Shown: positions 24,237 to 31,184 of the stretch, one piece after another | Position numbering within the stretch: the first letter of the stretch is position 1 | Layout: each line of letters opens with the position of its first letter | DNA from: a virus | Taxonomy: Duplodnaviria > Caudoviricetes | DNA: 31,184 nt | Virus record (IMG/VR): IMGVR_UViG_3300047672_000038 | Span: 1-31,184 of that record | Reading direction: 5' to 3' (one strand) | Position numbers and translations under genes: made by a program | The notes under the pieces: model-generated | Database searches by the model: none | Seen by the model: only the letters and a program-made list of their open reading frames with translations | Told to the model about the DNA's origin: nothing

Positions 24237-24329
24237 GAAACACCCTGTTCCACCCCTGTTCCAGCGGCCCGACACCGCGCAGCAACGCGACGCCGGGCCT
24301 ACCACCAAAACCTTGAGAGGAAGGTTCCA

Positions 24330-25172
24330 ATGGCTACCGATCAATCTACCTCAACCGTGGTGCGCCTGCACCGCCCCATGACCAATGCCGAGCGCCAGCG
24401 GGCTTACCGCCAGCGCCAGAAGGCGACGGCCGACGTGGCCGGTTCCCTTCGGGGTACAACCGAGCCGGCCGGGCCGGTCTCTGCCCCGCCCCTAATCGTT
24501 ACGCCCAAAGTGGCCGTAACGCCGTCACGGATCGCCCCGGCGTTACTGACCGTGGCGGCGTTCGGGCTGGCCGGCGTCGGGCTGACGATGAATACCTGGT
24601 TCGCCACGTCGTTAGGATCAACCGAGATCGCCGGGTGGCTGTTTGCCGGCATTGGCGTGGCCGCTGATCTGGTGGCGCTCGCCATCCCCTCATGTGCCGC
24701 CCGGTCGTGGCACGCGCGCCAGCGGGGCACCGCTGCGGCCGGCTGGCTGATCTGGCTGGCGGCCTTCGCCTTCGCCCTGATCGCAAGCGTCGGCTTCGCA
24801 TCGGTCAACATTGCGGACACCTCGCAGGCCCGCGCGTCGCGCACGACGCCGGCAACCGAAGCGGCCAAGCTGGCCCTATCGGATGCGATGACGACGCGGG
24901 ATCGGGAGTGCGCCACTGGCACCGGCAAGAACTGCCGGGCGAGAGAGGAAGCCGTGATCGAACGTCGCCGGCTGTTCGATCAGGCAATGGCACAGATCGT
25001 ACAGTCCGCCGATCCGCAGATTGTCGCCGCAAGTCAAGTGGTGGTGTGGTTGTCCTTTGGTACAATGCGGCCGGACGGCAACGACTTCGCCATGCTGCGG
25101 CTGATCCTGCTGGCACTTTTGCCACAGATCGGCGGTATCCTTCTGATGATCGCGCGCCAGCCCTCACGATAA
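24330..25172 (+). CDS. Multi-pass membrane protein
   Basis: 280 aa; N-terminal MTNAERQRAYRQR, three hydrophobic segments, a coiled region and a C-terminal TM segment. Confidence 0.75.
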   Translation: MATDQSTSTVVRLHRPMTNAERQRAYRQRQKATADVAGSLRGTTEPAGPVSAPPLIVTPKVAVTPSRIAPALLTVAAFGLAGVGLTMNTWFATSLGSTEIAGWLFAGIGVAADLVALAIPSCAARSWHARQRGTAAAGWLIWLAAFAFALIASVGFASVNIADTSQARASRTTPATEAAKLALSDAMTTRDRECATGTGKNCRAREEAVIERRRLFDQAMAQIVQSADPQIVAASQVVVWLSFGTMRPDGNDFAMLRLILLALLPQIGGILLMIARQPSR

Positions 25173-25197
25173 ATTCACGGTAGGCGGAAACTAAATA

Positions 25198-25229
25198 GTG
25201 CCACCGGATTTACGTCTGGTGGCATTTTT
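25198..25229 (+). terminator. Intrinsic terminator
   Basis: GTGCCACCGGA-loop-TCTGGTGGCAT-TTTT. Confidence 0.75.
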
Positions 25230-25355
25230 ACGCGACCCAGGTGTTGATAAACAACGCAGCGCAGTAATTACGCCCCAACTCCGGTTGCATGTGCCCCAAT
25301 TGAGGCGCAATCTATAGGCGACTATGGCGCAACTGCTTCACAGGGGAACACCAGC

Positions 25356-25853
25356 ATGGGAATTAAAAAGCTTCGCTTCTCGTTCGATATCCCGATAGCC
25401 GATGTCCTTGGCTTGGTTGCGATGCGAAACGACAGCCTGCAAATTGACGTGATTGGCGACGGCAAGGACGACAAAATACCGAAACAATTACGCAACGGTG
25501 TGGCCGGCCTTCTGACCGGCCCGAAGAAGAAAGAACGCAACGGCACGGCGGCGCATGGCGTGCATAAAGTGCGCGGCGTGGACAAGGACGGCAAGCCCAT
25601 CACGGGCTATCTGACGATTGCCAAGGCCATGCTGGCGGCAGACAACCACACCGTAACCACCGCTGGACTGAAAGAGCCACTGACGGCGGCCGGTCTGAAC
25701 TGGAAATCCGCCAGCCCGCAATTGAGCATCATGGTCAAGGACGGCGACGCCAAGCGCGTCGGCTTCGGTGCGGTGAAGATGACGCCGCAGGGCGCGCGGA
25801 CCTTCACCAAACTGCTTAAAGAGCGCGACGACAAGCATGCGGTGACGCCATGA
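25356..25853 (+). CDS. Hypothetical protein, possible C-terminal winged helix
   Basis: CAGGGGAAC SD; ASPQLSIMVKDGDAKRVGFGAVKMT. Confidence 0.7.
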   Translation: MGIKKLRFSFDIPIADVLGLVAMRNDSLQIDVIGDGKDDKIPKQLRNGVAGLLTGPKKKERNGTAAHGVHKVRGVDKDGKPITGYLTIAKAMLAADNHTVTTAGLKEPLTAAGLNWKSASPQLSIMVKDGDAKRVGFGAVKMTPQGARTFTKLLKERDDKHAVTP

Positions 25854-26185
25854 AAAAGCGGCGCAATGGCAGTCGGGGTTTCACCTATCGCTCTTATTCG
25901 TTCAAGACCAAAGACCCTGTGATTGATCGCGTCAGAACTATTCTGCAAGACGAAGGGCTTTCCAACAACGACGCGCATATCATCAGTGGCGTATCGACTA
26001 CGACACTTCACAACTGGTTCGAAGGCGAAACGCGGCGACCGCAATATGCAACGGTCGCCGCAATCATATCGTCCGTGGGTTACGAGGCAAAATTCGTCAA
26101 GGAAAAAAAGATCAACTATGAACGCGAGCTTGAGAAGGCGCGGAAAGAAATCCAAGCCGCAGCGGCGGCTTCAAAGCGGCGGTAG
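25850..26185 (+). CDS. XRE-family HTH protein
   Basis: SGVSTTTLHNWFEGETRRPQYATVAAI. Confidence 0.8.
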   Translation: MKKRRNGSRGFTYRSYSFKTKDPVIDRVRTILQDEGLSNNDAHIISGVSTTTLHNWFEGETRRPQYATVAAIISSVGYEAKFVKEKKINYERELEKARKEIQAAAAASKRR

Positions 26186-26192
26186 AAACATC

Positions 26193-26579
26193 ATGGCAAA
26201 GGGAATTCGCAAGGCCCCGCCCAAGCGCGGGCGGCCGGGGCCTGACGGTGTTGATGTGGAATTCGGCAGGCGCATCCGCGCTTACCGGCTCAACAACAAC
26301 GTCAGTCAGATGGCTCTTGCCGAAATGCTTGGCGTATCGTTCCAGCAAGTGCAGAAGTATGAAAAGGGCACCAACAAGGTATCGGCCGCCCGGCTGGCGG
26401 ATATCGCCGTCCGCCTGCACACCACGCCGCATGACCTCATGGGCTGGCAGAGCACCACCCCCATGATCGCACTGACCGACGAAGATATGAAGCTTTTGAA
26501 AGTTTTCGTAAAGCTGCCGGAAAAACTCAAGCCCGCGCACCGGGCACTGATCGAAGCGGAAATCAGGCACCTTGCATGA
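26193..26579 (+). CDS. XRE-family HTH regulator
   Basis: FGRRIRAYRL...SQMALAEMLGVSFQQVQKYEKGTNKVSAARL, typical of alphaproteobacterial XRE proteins. Confidence 0.85.
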   Translation: MAKGIRKAPPKRGRPGPDGVDVEFGRRIRAYRLNNNVSQMALAEMLGVSFQQVQKYEKGTNKVSAARLADIAVRLHTTPHDLMGWQSTTPMIALTDEDMKLLKVFVKLPEKLKPAHRALIEAEIRHLA

Positions 26580-26794
26580 TTGATCCCTGCCCCGTTGAGC
26601 GCGACGATCTGCTGATGATGTCGATGCACGCGCGGCGCATCATCGGTCAGATGCGTTTCGCCATGACGACGGAAGGCTCACCACGGGGCACCCGCGTCTT
26701 TCGGGACGTGACACAGGAAGCAAACGCCATCTTGGCGCTGCTCACGGCGCACTTGCCGGACAGCGCAATACCGCCACTCGCACCAGAAGAATAA
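26576..26794 (+). CDS. Hypothetical protein
   Basis: ATGA overlap. Confidence 0.55.
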   Translation: MIDPCPVERDDLLMMSMHARRIIGQMRFAMTTEGSPRGTRVFRDVTQEANAILALLTAHLPDSAIPPLAPEE

Positions 26795-26848
26795 GCGCGG
26801 GAGCCAACCCGCGAGAACTGTCTGTAACGTCATGATGGAGCATCGATC

Positions 26849-27490
26849 ATGACCGAGTTGAATGTTTCGATCCGCGATATCCCCCTGCCCGTCCGCATGG
26901 CACGCCGGCCGATCTCTGATCGCGGTTTTCCCGTGCCCTGGTTTGTCACCAACAAGATTGATGGCGTGTGGGATTTCGTCAACATCCATCCGGGCCGGAT
27001 CGCGGAAGCCTACATGCGCAAGAAGTGCTGGCTGTGCGGCGAGCCGCTAGGCCGCTACGCCGCTTTCGTCATCGGCCCGATGTGCGCAGTCAACCGTGTT
27101 TCGGCCGAGCCGCCATCGCACCGGGAATGCGCCGAGTATGCCGTGAAGGCGTGCCCGTTCCTCGCCAAGCCCAACATGCGCCGCAACGACAAGGCGGCCA
27201 TTGGCAAGGCCGAAGATGTGCCGGGTATCATGATCGAACATAACCCCGGCGCGCAACTGATGTGGATCACCAAGTCTTATATCCCGCGCGGCGGCCTGTT
27301 CCATCTTGGCGAGCCGGTTGCGGTCGCGTGGTTTGCCGAAGGCCGCAACGCGACGCGCGCCGAAGTGGACGCCGCGATAAACAAGGGCTTGCCGATCCTG
27401 CGCAGTACGGCGGCCCAAGAAGGCCCGGACGCGGTTGCTGATATGGAAAAGGCGCTCAAGCGCGCAATGCCACTCTTACCTGTGGAATGA
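26849..27490 (+). CDS. Hypothetical Cys/His-containing phage protein
   Basis: RGFPVPWFV...CWLCGEPL...EPPSHRECAEYAVKACPFL; GGAG SD. Confidence 0.8.
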   Translation: MTELNVSIRDIPLPVRMARRPISDRGFPVPWFVTNKIDGVWDFVNIHPGRIAEAYMRKKCWLCGEPLGRYAAFVIGPMCAVNRVSAEPPSHRECAEYAVKACPFLAKPNMRRNDKAAIGKAEDVPGIMIEHNPGAQLMWITKSYIPRGGLFHLGEPVAVAWFAEGRNATRAEVDAAINKGLPILRSTAAQEGPDAVADMEKALKRAMPLLPVE

Positions 27491-27684
27491 CCATGCTGCT
27501 CAACATCATGCTTGTGATCTTCGCCGGGGCGATGCTTGTCAACGCTTACATCATGTGGCGCAACTATGTGACTATGCGGATGCTGATTTTCCAGCTTAAT
27601 AGCTTCGTTGAGCATCAGAACATGATCAACGACTTCCTGGATCAACAAGGCGTGCCGGGCATCGTGCCCAACAAAGGGGAATAA
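27487..27684 (+). CDS. Small single-TM protein
   Basis: Hydrophobic N-terminus; ATGA overlap. Confidence 0.6.
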   Translation: MTMLLNIMLVIFAGAMLVNAYIMWRNYVTMRMLIFQLNSFVEHQNMINDFLDQQGVPGIVPNKGE

Positions 27685-27685
27685 A

Positions 27686-27784
27686 ATGGACTGGTGTTTT
27701 TTCTTTCTGCTTGCCGGCGTCGTCATCGGCATGCCCATCGGCGGATTTCTGGTGTGGCTCAATACATCATGGCACGGAAGCTAG
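27686..27784 (+). CDS. 32-aa membrane peptide
   Basis: AAGGGGAAT SD; MDWCFFFLLAGVVIGMPIGGFLVWLNTSWHGS fills the gap exactly. Confidence 0.5.
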   Translation: MDWCFFFLLAGVVIGMPIGGFLVWLNTSWHGS

Positions 27785-27787
27785 AAC

Positions 27788-28027
27788 GTGATTGACATCC
27801 TCGCTATCGACAAGGCGCTGCACGATTGTTTCGACACCCTTGGCACCAAGGGCGCGCGGTATGTCGTCGTCGTGCAGTACGAAAACGCAGCTTCCATCGG
27901 CACCAACTGCGAACCGGAGGGGTGTGCCGAAACATTGCTGGTGCAGGCGCTGTGCGTGATGGCATCGCGCAAGCCGGACATCGAAACGGTCGTTGACGGC
28001 ATCGGGCCGGCGAAGGGCCACGCATGA
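27788..28027 (+). CDS. Hypothetical protein
   Basis: Operon context. Confidence 0.55.
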   Translation: MIDILAIDKALHDCFDTLGTKGARYVVVVQYENAASIGTNCEPEGCAETLLVQALCVMASRKPDIETVVDGIGPAKGHA

Positions 28028-28524
28028 AACGAGAGTGCGGCGGCTGCACGCTATGCTGCAAGCTTTTGCCAATCCCGGCGCTTGAGAAGGCCGCTGGCGA
28101 CAGATGCAAATATCAGCGCCACGGCAAGGGCTGCACTGTTCACGGCACAGGCGCGCAGCCTGATGGCTGCAAGGTGTGGTTCTGTCGCTGGCTGATCAAT
28201 GATGATGCCGGCGATCTTCCGCGCCCGGATCGCGCCGGCTATGTCATCGACATGCTGCCGGACGAAATCACGATCCAGCCGGACGATAACAGCAAGCCGC
28301 CGACAAGATATCTTGCCATCCAGATTTGGGTGGACGGCGACGCATGGCGCAATGACGACGCGCTGCGCGATTGGGTCTATCGAAAGGCCGAGCAAGGCAA
28401 TCCGACACTGATCCGCTACAGCCCGCGCGACGCCATCGGCGTGATCGCACCACCGCTGACGGATAACGGGCAGTGGGTTTTCTCCGCAGGCACCATCAAC
28501 GAAAATATGGGGCTTTGGAAATAG
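28024..28524 (+). CDS. YkgJ-like CxxCxxCC metal-cluster protein
   Basis: RECGGCTLCCK...CKY...GCTVH...CKVWFCRW. Confidence 0.75.
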   Translation: MKRECGGCTLCCKLLPIPALEKAAGDRCKYQRHGKGCTVHGTGAQPDGCKVWFCRWLINDDAGDLPRPDRAGYVIDMLPDEITIQPDDNSKPPTRYLAIQIWVDGDAWRNDDALRDWVYRKAEQGNPTLIRYSPRDAIGVIAPPLTDNGQWVFSAGTINENMGLWK

Positions 28525-28602
28525 AATTGTCCCGGTGCCATCGTGGACATCGCCGGGGCATGAGGCCGGGGGCCGCTTCGCCAGCCCCGAGTGGTCCCCG
28601 GC

Positions 28603-28644
28603 CAAAGAAAAAAGCCCCGCGCCGGGATCACCGGACGCGGGGCT
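28603..28644 (-). terminator. Intrinsic terminator of the late/lysis operon
   Basis: AGCCCCGCG...CGCGGGGCT stem with an A-run on the + strand (T-run on the - strand). Confidence 0.65.
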
Positions 28645-28695
28645 AATAGTTTGGGAACGCGTGTGAGACGACAAGAAAAGGTCGTGGCCCTCCTT

Positions 28696-28869
28696 TCAGC
28701 GAATAGGCGATCCGAAGTCGTGTAGCCCAAGGATGCCAATCAAAACGAACAGGATGAACCACCCGCCCCAAGTGCTCCATGATGGCGCGGGGTTCCACGG
28801 ATTAGCACCCCACGCACCGAAGATGCCAACGAGCACGTAGATCAGCCAAAACCAGATGTTAGCGCCCAT
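28696..28869 (-). CDS. Small 2-TM protein (candidate holin or lysis accessory)
   Basis: Not in the ORF track. MGANIWFWLIYVLVGIFGAWGANPWNPAPSWSTWGGWFILFVLIGILGLHDFGSPIR, with AAGGAGG SD, directly after the endolysin. Confidence 0.65.
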   Translation of the reverse strand: MGANIWFWLIYVLVGIFGAWGANPWNPAPSWSTWGGWFILFVLIGILGLHDFGSPIR

Positions 28870-28870
28870 A

Positions 28871-29845
28871 TCATTCCTCCTTCCAAGGAAAGATCACTTC
28901 CACTTCGTCATCAGTGGTCAGGCCGAGATCGGCCAACAAACCAGGAGACAGATCGGCAACGCGGCCGGTCGCATCGTTTGGTCCCCAATCGGCACAGAAT
29001 GCCGTCAACGCCAGATCGGTGTTTGGCACACGCACCAGCGCAACGCCGTCGCGCAGCATTTCCTTCGGCGTCTTGCTGTAGTCCCAACGGCACGCAACAT
29101 AATGAATGTAGGGATTGAGCCGGCGCGCTAGGCCCGTGGTGTCTGCCGGCTGGTACGGCAGGAACAGATGCGGGGCTTCCATCACATCATAGATGAAGGC
29201 CAGCCCCTCGCTTGGCGACACGCCTTCGTCATTCGGGCCGCCGAAGTGCGAGCACTTGCCGGTTGCCTGAAACAGCACTTCATCATCGGGGCGCTGCGGA
29301 CGGTCAGGCCGTTCAACCCCCTCCTGATCGATGCCGCTGATCGCCGTGGCAATGGCATCGCAGATCGCATCGAAATTTTCCTCGTACAGTGCGGCGTCCG
29401 CCTCGCTGTCAACGAAGCATGTTTCGATCAGGATGCTTTTTTCGGCAGTATTGTTGAGGAAGAATAAATCGTCCCTCCGCTTGCCGCCCCGGTCGATCAG
29501 TTGGCCGACTTCGGCAATCAAGGCCGACACGTCAGCGGCAAGCGCCGACTGTGTGACATACAGCACTTCGCAACCCATCGGCTTGGTCGTTTCAACGTAA
29601 GCGTTGAAATGAACCGATACATCCAGGTCATGCGGGCCTTGCGCATTGTGAAAATCAACAATGCGGTTCAGGTTCTCGTTCTGGCTTTGGCTGACATCAT
29701 CGTGAAAGGTGATCACTTCGACATCGCGGTTGCGCAATTCCTTGGCGACCCTATCGACCACCAAGCGCGCTTCGTCCACTTCATCAAGGATGCCGCTTGC
29801 GCCGCGTACATATTTGCCGTGGCCGGACGAAATGACGATCTTCAT
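28871..29845 (-). CDS. Endolysin: N-acetylmuramoyl-L-alanine amidase (Amidase_3) plus C-terminal RlpA/DPBB-like domain
   Basis: ISSGHG...E...VSVHFNA...ILIETCFVD; C-terminal GKCSHFGG...DWGP...GRVADLSPG. Confidence 0.85.
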   Translation of the reverse strand: MKIVISSGHGKYVRGASGILDEVDEARLVVDRVAKELRNRDVEVITFHDDVSQSQNENLNRIVDFHNAQGPHDLDVSVHFNAYVETTKPMGCEVLYVTQSALAADVSALIAEVGQLIDRGGKRRDDLFFLNNTAEKSILIETCFVDSEADAALYEENFDAICDAIATAISGIDQEGVERPDRPQRPDDEVLFQATGKCSHFGGPNDEGVSPSEGLAFIYDVMEAPHLFLPYQPADTTGLARRLNPYIHYVACRWDYSKTPKEMLRDGVALVRVPNTDLALTAFCADWGPNDATGRVADLSPGLLADLGLTTDDEVEVIFPWKEE

Positions 29846-30027
29846 TGCCGATCTCCCTTTGGCGCGGGGTTGATGGCGCAATCACGCGTCAACTCCGCAA
29901 TAATTGCATCGCGCCGCTTGCCGCTTTCGCCAACCTCCCGGATCACCATCCACAGGAACAGCACGTTCACAAGAACGATACCCAGGATCAGCGGGTGCTG
30001 GCGCAGATCGGAAAGCAGATTTCGCAT
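29842..30027 (-). CDS. Small single-TM protein (candidate holin)
   Basis: MRNLLSDLRQHPLILGIVLVNVLFLWMVIRE..., between the tail gene and the endolysin. Confidence 0.55.
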   Translation of the reverse strand: MRNLLSDLRQHPLILGIVLVNVLFLWMVIREVGESGKRRDAIIAELTRDCAINPAPKGDRQ

Positions 30028-31184
30028 CACGTCACGATGCCAGCCGTGCCGGCGATTGCAGCGCCGATTGCCGGCGTGCCAGCAACCGAACCGGGGACCG
30101 CAGCGGCGTTGGTGCGCAAGTATGATAGTTCGAACACGTCCCATTTTTTGCCGGTTGGGACCACTCCGCTGAACGTGATGCCGTTGCCAATGAGTTGGCG
30201 ACTGTGGCCGCGCGCCGTGAAACCGCTGACGACGGTCTGCGCGCCAATCATGGCGATATTGCCCATTACTGGCAGATCGGATGCAATGGTTGAGAACGTG
30301 CCGCCCGCGTCAGTCAGCGCCCAATAGTTAGTGTTGCCTTCAAACGCGTGCCCGCCATAGAGTTCGATCATGCCTGCGAACGTCGGGCAGATGTGACAGA
30401 AACCGTTGTTCTTCCAATAGCAGTTGGTGAATTGCAGCCTGCCCGAGAAGCGGGCGCTTGCCCCCAACGCCCAATTCTGAATTCTTAAATCCCTGACAAG
30501 AAAGCTGCCGCCGAGCGCACCGTATTCCGCACCGATACCGACATTAACGACCCCCAAGCCAGTGCCGTCGATGTTGACCAGCGTGTTATTGCCTGCATTA
30601 CCCTGCAAGATGATCGGGCCGCCGCCGAGCCACGGCTTGATCTTGACATCCTTGTTATAGGTGCCGTCTCCAACTTGGATGGTAATCGTAAAGGCGGCGG
30701 TATCGAGCGTTGAGGCAATAACTTCCATCGCACGCTGTATCGTAAGAAATGCGCCGCCCGCATTGTTAACCAACCCGGTGTTGGCATCATTGCCATCGGT
30801 CCGGACAAAGTAGGTGCGATTTGCCGTCAGTATCTCGCGGCCCGGATGAACGTGATCCTCCCGTGCGTATTTGGTCGAGACGCCGACAACGCCAACCGGC
30901 AAGCTTGGCAAGGGGATGGCGGTCGCGGGTGTGCCGCTGGCTGTTGAGGCAACCGTCAGCGTGTTGGCGGGATCATTGTAAGTAAGCGTGATGTTCGTTC
31001 CGGCGACAAGCAACGCAGCCACGCGATCATCAACCGCCTCACTCAATCCCGACACATCGACCTTGGCCGGGTCTGACGGGTGAACGTGATCCTCCCGCGC
31101 ATATTTGGTGGCGACACCGACAACGCCCGGCGTCGCGTCAACCAGCGGCAGCGCGGTAGCAGGCACCGGCACCGCCGATGCCAG
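30027..31184 (-). CDS. Tail fibre/spike protein (3' part; enters from the right edge)
   Basis: Repeated KYAREDHVHP motif, RTYFVRTDGNDANTGL...AFLTIQRA...IQVGDGTY, then a Gly-rich beta-helix-like region. Confidence 0.75.
   Translation of the reverse strand: MASAVPVPATALPLVDATPGVVGVATKYAREDHVHPSDPAKVDVSGLSEAVDDRVAALLVAGTNITLTYNDPANTLTVASTASGTPATAIPLPSLPVGVVGVSTKYAREDHVHPGREILTANRTYFVRTDGNDANTGLVNNAGGAFLTIQRAMEVIASTLDTAAFTITIQVGDGTYNKDVKIKPWLGGGPIILQGNAGNNTLVNIDGTGLGVVNVGIGAEYGALGGSFLVRDLRIQNWALGASARFSGRLQFTNCYWKNNGFCHICPTFAGMIELYGGHAFEGNTNYWALTDAGGTFSTIASDLPVMGNIAMIGAQTVVSGFTARGHSRQLIGNGITFSGVVPTGKKWDVFELSYLRTNAAAVPGSVAGTPAIGAAIAGTAGIVT

Noticed and set aside
24105-31184. Host chromosome beyond a prophage boundary (attL/attR)
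   Set aside because: Genes to the right are phage-like (endolysin, tail fibre, same SD and operator motifs), and arm repeats lie on both sides of the core, as expected for attP.
30027-31184. Diversity-generating retroelement target
   Set aside because: No reverse transcriptase is in the window, and the internal repeat differences are not adenine-specific.

Overview
The window is about 31 kb of a temperate tailed phage, roughly 60% GC, probably infecting an alphaproteobacterium (Hyphomicrobiales/Rhizobiales-like). It appears to be in the free or excised form, because an intact attP has phage genes on both sides. From left to right it holds: the 5' part of a P22-like portal gene and terL; about 7 kb of small accessory ORFs, including an opposite-strand 10-gene operon; terS; a rightward cluster of small unknown genes with a C5-methyltransferase-like gene, a serine recombinase and a small HTH protein; a leftward recombination/replication operon (DUF1376, DUF968-like, Rad52/Sak, Gp157, DnaA-C-like, Cro); cI; xis/int with attP; a second accessory operon; and a lysis module plus the 3' end of a tail fibre gene. 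Four signals stand out. (1) A conserved, covarying intergenic hairpin repeat separates consecutive small genes like cassettes. (2) Three promoters share a TGGGC-N5-GCCCA palindrome and are linked to an Aca-like HTH gene, suggesting a co-regulated anti-defence or host-takeover regulon. (3) attP carries the 5' half of tRNA-Pro(GGG), rather than the usual 3' part, with its own candidate promoter pointing antisense into int. (4) A 15-bp operator-like palindrome is dispersed across the window. All family assignments come from motif recognition by eye, with no database searches.
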